DNA of 51,610 nucleotides from NCBI GenBank assembly GCA_900549155.1, contig URNF01000001.1, positions 1 to 51,610 on the forward strand. The letters run 5' to 3'. The stretch is from an uncultured Oscillospiraceae bacterium (GTDB lineage: Bacteria > Bacillota > Clostridia > Oscillospirales > Acutalibacteraceae). Made by a program: the position numbers and the translations under genes. Of this stretch, positions 8,475 to 16,327 are shown piece by piece (positions within the stretch are counted from its first letter, which is position 1; each line of letters begins with the position of its first letter). Under the pieces are notes generated by a model. It saw nothing but the letters and a program-made list of their open reading frames with translations. It did not search any database and was not told the origin of the DNA.

Positions 8475-8503
8475 AGTATAGCATGCGCTGTCAAAAAAAT
8501 CAA
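8475..8503 (-). promoter_or_regulatory. Sigma-A-like promoter of P1
   Basis: On the minus strand: TTGATT (8503..8498), 17-nt spacer, TATACT (8480..8475). Confidence 0.5.
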
Positions 8504-8543
8504 GTGTTTTTTCAAAAAAATTGGCACCTATGAATAAAAGCTG

Positions 8544-9002
8544 TCAACCGCGCGGTTTTTCGCGCAATTCCCGAAAGAACATCCGCAATACATTTGCGCA
8601 TTCCTCTTCGAGCACACCGGCGACGCAGTGCGGCTTGTGGTTATACGGCAGCGAAAACAGATCGACAAGCGACCCGCACGAGCCCGCCTTTTTGTCGGAC
8701 GCGCCGAAAAAGACGCAGCGGATGCGCGCGTTGATGATCGCGCCCGCGCACATGGGGCACGGTTCAAGCGTCACATAGAGGTCGCAGTCGGACAGCCGCC
8801 AGCCGCCGAGCGTTCTGCACGCGTCGGCGATCGCTTCCATCTCGGCATGCGCCGCCGCCTGTTTTGCCGTTTCGCGGCGATTTCTGCCCCTGCCGACGAT
8901 CACGCCGTCCTTCACCACCACCGCGCCGACGGGCACCTCGCCCTCGTCTGCCGCCGCCTGCGCCAGCAAGAGCGCTTCGCGCATGAAGTCCTCATGTGTC
9001 AT
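8544..9002 (-). CDS. tadA: tRNA-specific adenosine deaminase
   Basis: CDA zinc motifs HAEMEAI and PCPMCAGAI. I chose ATG 9002 (MTHEDFMREALLLA), 8 nt after the upstream gene's stop. Confidence 0.9.
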   Translation of the reverse strand: MTHEDFMREALLLAQAAADEGEVPVGAVVVKDGVIVGRGRNRRETAKQAAAHAEMEAIADACRTLGGWRLSDCDLYVTLEPCPMCAGAIINARIRCVFFGASDKKAGSCGSLVDLFSLPYNHKPHCVAGVLEEECANVLRMFFRELREKPRG

Positions 9003-9010
9003 GGCGCACC

Positions 9011-10012
9011 TCAGGTACAGAAGTTGGTATATGCCGCGCGCAAAACCAGCAGCACAAGCGCCAGGATCATCAACGGCGTTGCCGTCAGTCTCCCGATGCA
9101 AGCCCCCGCTTTCAGCTCACCCTTTTGCGGCAGGCGCATGAGCGGCGAGCGGCGCACGGCGGTGACGATAAACAGCACCAGCCCCAGCAAAAGCAGTCCA
9201 TACATGCACAGTGCCGAAAGGATGTTGCCCTCCGTTTCGGAAAGCTGCATGCGCGCATATTCCAGCACAATGGACAGCGCGTTATTGCAAAAGTGGATCG
9301 CAACGGCGACAGAGACATTCCCCGTCGCCACGGTCAGCCAGCCGAGCACCAGCCCCACCAAAAAGGCGAAAAGGCTCTGTGCCGCATAGCCGTGCATCAC
9401 GCCGAACAGCAACGCCGACAAAAGCACCGCCAGCCCGTCGCCATAGCGCCGCAGCGTCCCGAGCAGCGTCACGCGGAATAAAAGCTCTTCCAAAACAGCG
9501 GGCAAAAGCGCCATCACCAAAAGGTTGACGGCAAGGCTCTGCGGCGTCGCTTCGAGAAAGCTCGGCGCGTCGGGGAGATAGAACCCGTATTGCTCCAAAA
9601 CGGACGAAAAGATGTTGGCGACAATGTTGGCGAGAATGCACGCGCCGATGCCGATGAACGCCGCATTCAGTGTGATCGTCAGGCGCGGTCTGCCGGAAAA
9701 TTTCGGCAGCCTTTTGCGAAACAACAGCAGCGACAAAAGCGTCGGCAGCCCCATCGACGCGGCATACACCGCGCCGTAGAGCAGCAGAAATTGCGTGTTC
9801 GAAAGTCCCAGCGTGTCCGATGTGAGGTCGTCCGCCGCAAGAATCCCGTTTGCGACCAGCACCGTTGCCACGATACTGAACAGAAAGGACAAAAGCGTTA
9901 TGACCAAAATCATCGCGCCGCCGACAAAGTTTCCGTCCTCCCACAGCTGCTCGCGGTCGGCGGGCGTCGGGCGGCGTTTTTGCGGCGTGTCATACGGATA
10001 CGGCAAGATCAT
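9011..10012 (-). CDS. CPBP-family intramembrane glutamic endopeptidase (CAAX protease/Abi-like)
   Basis: Polytopic membrane protein carrying EELLFR, FGVMH and HFCNN motifs. The exact start is uncertain (ATG 10012 or TTG 10006). Confidence 0.85.
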   Translation of the reverse strand: MILPYPYDTPQKRRPTPADREQLWEDGNFVGGAMILVITLLSFLFSIVATVLVANGILAADDLTSDTLGLSNTQFLLLYGAVYAASMGLPTLLSLLLFRKRLPKFSGRPRLTITLNAAFIGIGACILANIVANIFSSVLEQYGFYLPDAPSFLEATPQSLAVNLLVMALLPAVLEELLFRVTLLGTLRRYGDGLAVLLSALLFGVMHGYAAQSLFAFLVGLVLGWLTVATGNVSVAVAIHFCNNALSIVLEYARMQLSETEGNILSALCMYGLLLLGLVLFIVTAVRRSPLMRLPQKGELKAGACIGRLTATPLMILALVLLVLRAAYTNFCT

Positions 10013-10040
10013 TCCTCTTTTCTTTAATGTAAATATACTA

Positions 10041-11783
10041 TTACATGCTTTCGGGCGCGTCGATCTTCAAAAGCCGCAGCACATTGCGCAGGGTGATACG
10101 CGTGGCATCGCACAGCGCCAGGCGCGCCGCCGAAAGCGGCAGGTCCTCGCTCATGACGCGGCAGGCGTTATAGAATTTGTGGAACAGCGTCGCCAGCTCC
10201 AGGCAATAGCGGGTGACGCGGGCGGGATCATATTCCTTTGCCGCTTCCACGATCTCGCGGCTGTAGCCGGAGATGTGGCGGATGAGTTCCCGCTCCTCGG
10301 GCGCCGTGAGGCGGGCAAGCTCCGCCGCCGTCACAGCAGGCAGGGTGACGCCGCTTTCCGCCACCTTGCGGAACAGCGAGCAGATGCGTGCGTGCGCATA
10401 CTGAACATAATAGACAGGGTTATCGGACGACTGCTCGATGGCAAGTCCGAGGTCGAAATCCATCTGCGAATTGGCTTCGCGCTGGATGAAGAAGAACCGT
10501 GCGGCATCCACGGGCACTTCGTCGAGAAGATCGCCGAGCTGGATCGCCTTGCCGGAGCGCTTGGACATGCGCACAATCTCGCCGTCGCGCATCAGCCGCA
10601 CCAGCTGCATCAGCACAACGTGCAGACGGTCGCCGTCCATGCCGATGGCGTCCATCGCGCCTTTCATGCGGGCAACGTGGCCGTGGTGATCCGCACCCCA
10701 CACGTCGATGCAGGTGTCAAAGCCGCGCAGGAATTTGTTGCGGTGATAGGCGATGTCGGCGGCGAAATAGGTCGGGTTGCCGTTGGCGCGCACAAGCACG
10801 TCGTCTTTGAGCTCCAGCTTTTCGATCTCGGCGTCGGTCTTGCCCGCCGCTTTCAGCTTTTTCGTGAGCACCTCGGCGTTTTTATACCACAAAGCGCCCT
10901 CTTTTTCATAGGTCAGTCCCTTTGCGGTGAGCAGGTCGATGACCTCTTTGACCTCACCGCTTGCGTGCAGGCGGGACTCTTTGAACCATTCGTCATACAC
11001 GATGCGATAGCGCTCCATGTCCGCGTGCATCTTTTCGATGTTGAGCGGCAGGGCGTAGTCGACGAGTGCCTTTCTGCGCTTGTCGCTGTCGGCGTTCACG
11101 AACGCGTCGCCGTGCAGAGCGGCAAACGCCTTGGCGTGCTTTGTGATGTCGTCGCCGTGATAGGCGTCCTCGGGCAGCGGCACGGCGTCCTCGCCCTTGA
11201 AAAGCTGCAGATAGCGCACCTCAAGCGAGGTGGCGAATTTTTCGATCTGGTTGCCCGCGTCGTTGATATAAAACTCCCGCGACACGTCAAAGCCCGCCGC
11301 AGACAGCACCGCCGCCAGGCAGTCGCCCAAAGCGCCGCCGCGCGCGTTGCCCATGTGCATCGGACCGGTCGGGTTGGCGGAAACAAATTCCACCATCACC
11401 TTTTTGCCGCCGCCGAAATCCGACTTTCCGTAGTTCTCGCCCTTTGCGAGCACATCGCCGACAACGGCGGCGTAATAGGCGGGCGACAGGGTGAAATTCA
11501 AAAAGCCTGCTCCCGCGACATCGGCACTTTCAAAATAGGTGTCGGAAAGGTCGAGGTGCTGCAAAAGCGTCTCGGCGATCTGCCGCGGCGCACGGTGAAA
11601 CGTGCGGGCGGAGACGAGCGCCGCGTTGGCGGAAAGGTCGCCGTGGGCGCGGTCGGCGGGGATCTCCACCGTGAAGGGCGGCAGTTCGCCCGCGGGCAGC
11701 TCCCCTGCCGCAAATGCAGCGGCGGCAGCCGCAGCAAGGCGTGCTTTCAGGGTGGCTTCGGTTTTTTCTACGATCACTGACAT
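10041..11783 (-). CDS. argS: Arginine--tRNA ligase
   Basis: Class I HIGH-type motif PTGPMHMGNARG and the KMSKS-like motif MSKRSG. The length and N-terminal Arg-tRNA-synthetase-like domain fit. I chose ATG 11783 (MSVIVEK). Confidence 0.95.
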   Translation of the reverse strand: MSVIVEKTEATLKARLAAAAAAAFAAGELPAGELPPFTVEIPADRAHGDLSANAALVSARTFHRAPRQIAETLLQHLDLSDTYFESADVAGAGFLNFTLSPAYYAAVVGDVLAKGENYGKSDFGGGKKVMVEFVSANPTGPMHMGNARGGALGDCLAAVLSAAGFDVSREFYINDAGNQIEKFATSLEVRYLQLFKGEDAVPLPEDAYHGDDITKHAKAFAALHGDAFVNADSDKRRKALVDYALPLNIEKMHADMERYRIVYDEWFKESRLHASGEVKEVIDLLTAKGLTYEKEGALWYKNAEVLTKKLKAAGKTDAEIEKLELKDDVLVRANGNPTYFAADIAYHRNKFLRGFDTCIDVWGADHHGHVARMKGAMDAIGMDGDRLHVVLMQLVRLMRDGEIVRMSKRSGKAIQLGDLLDEVPVDAARFFFIQREANSQMDFDLGLAIEQSSDNPVYYVQYAHARICSLFRKVAESGVTLPAVTAAELARLTAPEERELIRHISGYSREIVEAAKEYDPARVTRYCLELATLFHKFYNACRVMSEDLPLSAARLALCDATRITLRNVLRLLKIDAPESM

Positions 11784-11799
11784 ATAGGTTAACATCCTT

Positions 11800-12225
11800 T
11801 CAGTTTTTCGGGCGAACGGTGACGGACAGCTCCTGCCGCGACAGCATACTGCCGCCGACATCGAGCGTATAGGCAAGCTGCACACTGCCGCCGTTTTCCG
11901 TCATTTCCTGCTCCATTTTTTCGGTGAACACGCCCAGCATCAGATCACCGTAGGGCGTGCCGTAGCTGCAGAGGTGTCGTCGCTTGTGCTCCAGCACCAA
12001 AAGCCCCGCGTGCGTCCCCGTGCGGGACAGGGTCACCTTTTCGGGCTGCACCGTCAGAGTCGTATCCGTTCCCTCCATGCCGGTGGCGGCGCTTTCGCGA
12101 TAGAAAAGCCGCACGCCGTCGGGCATGACGGTCATTGTGCCGTCGGTCAGAAGCTCCGAGCGATCCTTTTGCCCGTTTACGTCCTGCTTGCCGACAATGG
12201 AAATGAGAACCTCCAAGCGTCGCAC
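11800..12225 (-). CDS. DUF1934 (YwiB-like) beta-barrel protein
   Basis: About 140-aa ORF immediately upstream of argS, the arrangement I recall as conserved in Firmicutes. The start may be TTG 12216 rather than GTG 12225. Confidence 0.75.
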   Translation of the reverse strand: MRRLEVLISIVGKQDVNGQKDRSELLTDGTMTVMPDGVRLFYRESAATGMEGTDTTLTVQPEKVTLSRTGTHAGLLVLEHKRRHLCSYGTPYGDLMLGVFTEKMEQEMTENGGSVQLAYTLDVGGSMLSRQELSVTVRPKN

Positions 12226-12250
12226 CCCTTTTTATACCATAAGTAAGAGT

Positions 12251-12279
12251 AGTGTAGCACACTTTTTCGAATTGCGCAA
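12251..12279 (-). promoter_or_regulatory. Sigma-A-like promoter of DUF1934-argS
   Basis: On the minus strand: TTGCGC, 17-nt spacer, TACACT. Confidence 0.45.
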
Positions 12280-12282
12280 TAG

Positions 12283-12321
12283 AAAAGAGCCATTCAAAAC
12301 TCTGTTTTGAATGGCTCTTTT
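12283..12321 (-). terminator. Rho-independent terminator after the DUF1540 gene
   Basis: AAAAGAGCCATTCAAAAC tct GTTTTGAATGGCTCTTTT, an 18-bp perfect stem. Confidence 0.85.
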
Positions 12322-12334
12322 CGGCGAGAATCCG

Positions 12335-12502
12335 TTATTTCTTTTCAAAAGAAAGGCAATCGGTGCACTGATCCATGGTCGGATTGGCTTCGTGCGTGCC
12401 GACGGTGATGCAGTCCAGCGAGCAATATGCGCCGCAGGTGCTGTGATTCTTGCACTGCTCAACGCTGCACTGGATGCAATGGTTTTCCTTAGAACATCCC
12501 AT
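12335..12502 (-). CDS. DUF1540 cysteine-rich protein
   Basis: MGCSKENHCIQCSVEQCKNHSTCGAYCSLDCITVGTHEANPTMDQCTDCLSFEKK shows a duplicated Cys/His pattern. SD AAAGGAGG lies 8 nt upstream of ATG 12502. Confidence 0.75.
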   Translation of the reverse strand: MGCSKENHCIQCSVEQCKNHSTCGAYCSLDCITVGTHEANPTMDQCTDCLSFEKK

Positions 12503-12574
12503 GACGGCGGCCTCCTTTCCGGAAATCTCCGAGGGCAAACGCCCTCCTTCACAGTATGCCCCGCCGCCTTCAAA

Positions 12575-13378
12575 TTATCCTATATCCGACAGCTTTCCGA
12601 AGCTATAGCCCATTTCTTTCCATTTTGTGAGCAGGTCGTCGAGAATTTCGCAGTTGGTGCGCGAGGTGCTGTGCAGCAGCACGATCGCGCCCGGATGCAC
12701 GCGCGGCAGCAGCTTTGCAAACGCCTGCTCCCGTGTCGGCTGGTCGTTCACATACCAATCCACATACGCAAGGCTCCAAAAGCAGGTCTTATAGCCCCGC
12801 TCGTGCGCCATCTGCAAATTCTGTTCGCTGTATTTCCCCTGCGGCGGGCGATAGAATTTCTGCATGTCGCTGCCCGTGATCTCCTTATACAGCGTTTCAA
12901 GCGAGCCGAGCTCCTTTTCAAAGCCCTCGGCTGTGCTGATGGCGGACATGTCGGGGTGATGATAGGTGTGGTTGCCGACGATGTGCCCCTCGGCGACCAT
13001 GCGCTTCACAAGCTCCGGCCGGCTTTCGGCAAAATTGCCGACAATGAAAAACGCCGCGGGAACGTTGTGCTTTTTGAGCGTATCCAAAATGGGCGCGGTA
13101 TACCCGTTGTCATACCCTGCATCAAACGTGAGATAGATCACCTTTTTCGAGGTGTCCCCCGTATACACGGCGTTATATTTTGCCAGCGCCGCGGCGGACG
13201 CGTTGCCGACCGGCGTTTCCCCGTCCTTTTGAAAACGCAGCCCCCAGTTGGTGTTGGCAGCGGCGGTCGCCACCGAAACGGCGGTGTGCAGCCGCGCCCA
13301 CGCGACGGTGCCGACCAGCACGGCGGCACAGCAGAAAAGCGCCGTCAGAATATGACGTCGACGAACGATCCAATACAT
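12575..13378 (-). CDS. Polysaccharide deacetylase (PdaA-like delta-lactam de-N-acetylase family)
   Basis: NodB motifs TFDAGYDNG and GNHTYHHP, plus an N-terminal TM/signal segment. SD GAAGGGGGAG. Confidence 0.85.
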   Translation of the reverse strand: MYWIVRRRHILTALFCCAAVLVGTVAWARLHTAVSVATAAANTNWGLRFQKDGETPVGNASAAALAKYNAVYTGDTSKKVIYLTFDAGYDNGYTAPILDTLKKHNVPAAFFIVGNFAESRPELVKRMVAEGHIVGNHTYHHPDMSAISTAEGFEKELGSLETLYKEITGSDMQKFYRPPQGKYSEQNLQMAHERGYKTCFWSLAYVDWYVNDQPTREQAFAKLLPRVHPGAIVLLHSTSRTNCEILDDLLTKWKEMGYSFGKLSDIG

Positions 13379-13427
13379 AGCGTCTCCCCCTTCGTCACAC
13401 CATATGCGAAAAAACGGCGAAAAATGC

Positions 13428-13456
13428 TTGACAATTCCGAAAAACCGCTCTACAAT
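13428..13456 (+). promoter_or_regulatory. Sigma-A-like promoter preceding the TPP riboswitch
   Basis: TTGACA (13428..13433), 17-nt spacer, TACAAT (13451..13456). Confidence 0.6.
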
Positions 13457-13465
13457 AAGGGAAAA

Positions 13466-13560
13466 GCAAGGGGCGCTGACTTTGTCGTCGGCTGAGAGCG
13501 GATGCGCACATCCGAAACCCTTTAACCTGATCCGGGTAATGCCGGCGGAGGGAGCAAATA
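13466..13560 (+). promoter_or_regulatory. TPP (THI-box) riboswitch aptamer
   Basis: GGGGCGC...GGCTGAGAG...AACCCTTTAACCTGATCCGGGTAATGCCGGCGGAGGGAG matches the conserved THI-element core (CUGAGA, ACCUGAUC-GG-UAAUGCC-GCG-AGGGA). Confidence 0.88.
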
Positions 13561-13583
13561 GGGCGCTTTGGCGTGATGTTTGG

Positions 13584-13617
13584 ATTTCTCCGTTTTTCGG
13601 GGAAATTTTTGTTTTTT
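13584..13617 (+). terminator. Riboswitch expression-platform terminator
   Basis: ATTTCTCCG ttttt CGGGGAAAT followed by TTTTTGTTTTTT, just upstream of the SD and ATG of the transporter gene. Confidence 0.75.
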
Positions 13618-13631
13618 AAGGAGTTTTTGGT

Positions 13632-14447
13632 ATGCAGAAAAAAACCGTCCGTCTCGTCGAAGGTGCCGTCATGGTGGCGTTTGCCGTCATTCTGAGCCTT
13701 CTCAAAATTCTCGAGCTGCCCTACGGCGGCAGTGTCACCGTGTGCAGCATGCTGCCGATCCTCATCATCGCCTATCGCCACGGTGTGGGCTTCGGCAGCT
13801 TCACCGCCCTTGTCTACGGCGTTGTGCAGATGCTGCTCGGCATGAAGAACGTGCTGTATTTCACGACCCCTCTGTCCATCGCCGCCGTCATCGTTCTTGA
13901 CTATATCCTCGCCTTTGCCGCTTTGGGGCTCGGCGGTGCGTTTCGCAAGGTCGTCCGTCGGCAGGCGGCGGCACTGGAGCTCGGCACGCTGCTTGCCTGC
14001 TTTGTGCGGTATATCTGCCACGTCATTTCCGGCTGCACCGTCTGGGCGGGACTTTCCATTCCCTCTGCGGATGCGCTGCTTTATTCTCTTGCCTACAACG
14101 CGACCTACATGATTCCTGAGACCATCGTCACCCTGCTCGGCGCGGCGCTCATCGGGCGCGTGCTCGATTTCCGTCATGACACGGTCACGCGTCTCACCGA
14201 CGAGAGCCGCACGCTCAATGTGCCCGCGATCCTCGGCGGCGTTGCCGTGGTGGGCGCGCTCATTTTCGATGTGTGCGAGGTGTTTGCGAAGCTGCAGGAT
14301 GCCGAGACCGGCAATTTCCTCATCACGGGACTTGCCGATGTGCGCTGGGGCGCTGTCGGTATTGTGTCCGCAATCTGTTTTATTTTTGCCGTTTTCTGCT
14401 TTTTTGTGTTTTCGCCCAAAAAAGACTTGCAAAGTAAAAATAAATGA
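13632..14447 (+). CDS. thiT: Thiamine transporter ThiT/YuaJ-like membrane protein with a C-terminal extension
   Basis: Multi-TM protein directly behind the TPP riboswitch. The N-terminal half resembles the YuaJ/ThiT family (LVEGAVMVAFAVILSLL...GGSVTVCSMLPILIIAYRHG). At 271 aa it is about 90 aa longer than I recall typical ThiT to be. Confidence 0.7.
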   Translation: MQKKTVRLVEGAVMVAFAVILSLLKILELPYGGSVTVCSMLPILIIAYRHGVGFGSFTALVYGVVQMLLGMKNVLYFTTPLSIAAVIVLDYILAFAALGLGGAFRKVVRRQAAALELGTLLACFVRYICHVISGCTVWAGLSIPSADALLYSLAYNATYMIPETIVTLLGAALIGRVLDFRHDTVTRLTDESRTLNVPAILGGVAVVGALIFDVCEVFAKLQDAETGNFLITGLADVRWGAVGIVSAICFIFAVFCFFVFSPKKDLQSKNK

Positions 14448-14455
14448 TGTATACT
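14427..14455 (+). promoter_or_regulatory. Sigma-A-like promoter of small peptide gene P2, embedded in the thiT 3' end
   Basis: TTGCAA (14427..14432), 17-nt spacer, TATACT (14450..14455). Confidence 0.5.
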
Positions 14456-14486
14456 GTCTTTAGATCAGTACCATCGGAGGTGTCTC

Positions 14487-14603
14487 ATGAAAAAGCAGTA
14501 TACTGCCCCCACCATGCAGTTGGTGGAATGTCAGATCCGCGAACGGATCGGCGCCGACTATGATGACATCAGTAATTGGTCGCCGCTGAAGCCGGTTAAC
14601 TGA
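14487..14603 (+). CDS. Small peptide P2, 38 aa (MKKQYTAPTMQLVECQIRERIGADYDDISNWSPLKPVN)
   Basis: Hand-translated. SD GGAGGTG lies 5-6 nt upstream of ATG 14487 and a strong terminator follows immediately. It is a paralog of P1, with the first 15 nt identical. Confidence 0.65.
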   Translation: MKKQYTAPTMQLVECQIRERIGADYDDISNWSPLKPVN

Positions 14604-14611
14604 AGCAAAAA

Positions 14612-14649
14612 GAAGCCCTTGCTTTCAAAAAGCAAGGGCTTCTTTTTTT
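14612..14649 (+). terminator. Rho-independent terminator of P2 (and thiT read-through)
   Basis: GAAGCCCTTGCT ttcaaaa AGCAAGGGCTTC followed by TTTTTTT. Confidence 0.85.
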
Positions 14650-14750
14650 GCGCCGGGAACCTCATTTTTTCTTTTTACACACTCCCGCTTTCGGTGCATA
14701 CAATGGAAAGAAGGGCGGCGGCGGTCGCCCACCGAAGGGATGGGCTTTCT

Positions 14751-15515
14751 ATGGAGATCTTACGCGTTGAAAATATAGAGCAGACCTATCAGGCGAAAAA
14801 CGGCGAGGTCACCGCGCTGCGGGATGTGAGCTTCTCGATGAACAGCGGCGATTTCTACAGCCTTGTCGGTCCGTCCGGCTGCGGAAAATCGACGCTGCTT
14901 TCCATCATTGCGGGACTGCTTCCCCCGTCCGGCGGGCGGGTGCTCATCGGCGGCGAGGAAGTGAAGGGCAGCTCGCCGCGCATCGGGTATATGCTGCAAA
15001 AAGACAACCTGCTCGAATGGCGCACCATCCGTCAGAACGTACTTTTCGGGCTGGAGATCCGGCGACAGCTGAACAAGGAGACCGTCGCGCACGCCGATCA
15101 CCTGCTGAAGACCTATGGACTTTTTGAATTTCGCGACAAATATCCGACACAGCTTTCGGGCGGCATGCGGCAGCGCGCCGCGCTCATCCGCACGCTGGCG
15201 GTGCGCCCCGACATTCTGCTGCTCGACGAGGCGTTTTCCGCGCTCGATTATCAAACGCGCCTGTCGGTCACCGAGGATGTCTACGGCATTTTGAAGCGCG
15301 AGCAGGTCACCACGCTGATGGTGACCCACGACATTCCGGAGTGCATCAGCATGAGCGATGTGGTCGTCATTCTGACGCCCCGTCCCGCGACCGTGCGGGA
15401 GCTTCTCCCCATCCGCTTCGATCTCCCCGCGCGCACGCCGCTTTCCTGCCGCAACACCCCGCAATTTTCCGCCTATTTCGACCATATTTGGAAAGAGCTG
15501 GAGCGACATGACTGA
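14751..15515 (+). CDS. ABC transporter ATP-binding protein, NitT/TauT (SsuB-like) family
   Basis: Walker A GPSGCGKST, signature LSGGMRQRAALIRTL, Walker B LLLDEAFSALD. I prefer ATG 14751 (MEILRVENIEQ) over the track start at 14619. Confidence 0.9.
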   Translation: MEILRVENIEQTYQAKNGEVTALRDVSFSMNSGDFYSLVGPSGCGKSTLLSIIAGLLPPSGGRVLIGGEEVKGSSPRIGYMLQKDNLLEWRTIRQNVLFGLEIRRQLNKETVAHADHLLKTYGLFEFRDKYPTQLSGGMRQRAALIRTLAVRPDILLLDEAFSALDYQTRLSVTEDVYGILKREQVTTLMVTHDIPECISMSDVVVILTPRPATVRELLPIRFDLPARTPLSCRNTPQFSAYFDHIWKELERHD

Positions 15516-16314
15516 AAAAATATCCAAAAGGCGGCAGCTCTATCTCAAAAACGAGAAGCGCCACCGCCGCAAGATCCTTTTTTGGCAGATCGGTATTCTC
15601 ATCGTTTTCATCGGACTCTGGGAAGCGCTCGCCGCCGTCGGCATCATCGACAGCTTCATTTTCAGCCAGCCTTCCCGCATTTTCAAGACCTATGTCGGCA
15701 TGGCGCAAAACGGGCTTTTGCAGCACATCGGTGTCACCGTTTTTGAGACGCTTGCCGGTTTTCTCCTCGGTGCAGGCGCCGGCACGGTGCTGGCGACGCT
15801 TTTGTGGTGGAGCCCCTTTGCGTCAAAGGTCAGCGAGCCGTATCTTGTGGTGCTCAACAGCCTGCCGAAGATCGCGCTCGGCCCGGTCATCATCATCATT
15901 GCGGGCGCAGGCACGCGGGCGATCGTCGTCATGGCGCTTGCCATTTCCCTCATCGTCACCGTGCTCGAAATGCTCGGCGGCTTTCACCGCACCGATGCGG
16001 AATATATCCGCATGGCAGAGACCTTCGGCGCGGTGCGGTGGCAGGTGTTTTTCAAGATCGTGCTGCCGTATAATGTTTCGACCCTTTTCAACTCCCTTAA
16101 GATCAACATCGGACTGTCCCTTGTCGGCGTCATCGCCGGAGAGTTTCTGGTGTCCAAAGCAGGGCTCGGTTATCTGATCGTCTACGGCGGTCAGGTGTTC
16201 AAGCTGGATCTGGTCATGGCGAGCGTCATCGTCCTGGCAGTTGTCGCCGCGCTCATGTATGAGGCGGTCTGCCTTTTGCAGCGCTTTGTCGTGCATCGGA
16301 TCTCACATTCATAG
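15508..16314 (+). CDS. ABC transporter permease, NitT/TauT family
   Basis: 268-aa six-TM-type permease. Its start overlaps the ATPase stop by 8 nt. Confidence 0.9.
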   Translation: MTEKISKRRQLYLKNEKRHRRKILFWQIGILIVFIGLWEALAAVGIIDSFIFSQPSRIFKTYVGMAQNGLLQHIGVTVFETLAGFLLGAGAGTVLATLLWWSPFASKVSEPYLVVLNSLPKIALGPVIIIIAGAGTRAIVVMALAISLIVTVLEMLGGFHRTDAEYIRMAETFGAVRWQVFFKIVLPYNVSTLFNSLKINIGLSLVGVIAGEFLVSKAGLGYLIVYGGQVFKLDLVMASVIVLAVVAALMYEAVCLLQRFVVHRISHS

Positions 16315-16327
16315 AGGAGGCTTTTTG

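Noticed and set aside
9795-11780. 661-aa plus-strand ORF opposite argS and the CPBP protease gene.
   Set aside because: It is the same kind of high-GC antisense artefact. It spans two real minus-strand genes and their intergenic gap.
11784-12334. I looked for a T-box leader upstream of argS.
   Set aside because: The DUF1934 gene abuts argS with a 16-nt gap. The region upstream of DUF1934 holds only a promoter-like element and the DUF1540 terminator, so there is no room and no T-box or specifier-loop motif.
14650-14750. Possible second TPP or other riboswitch in front of the NitT/TauT-type ABC operon.
   Set aside because: There are no CUGAGA or ACCUGAUC...UAAUGCC motifs. Only a short GGGCG...CGCCC hairpin is visible, which is insufficient evidence.
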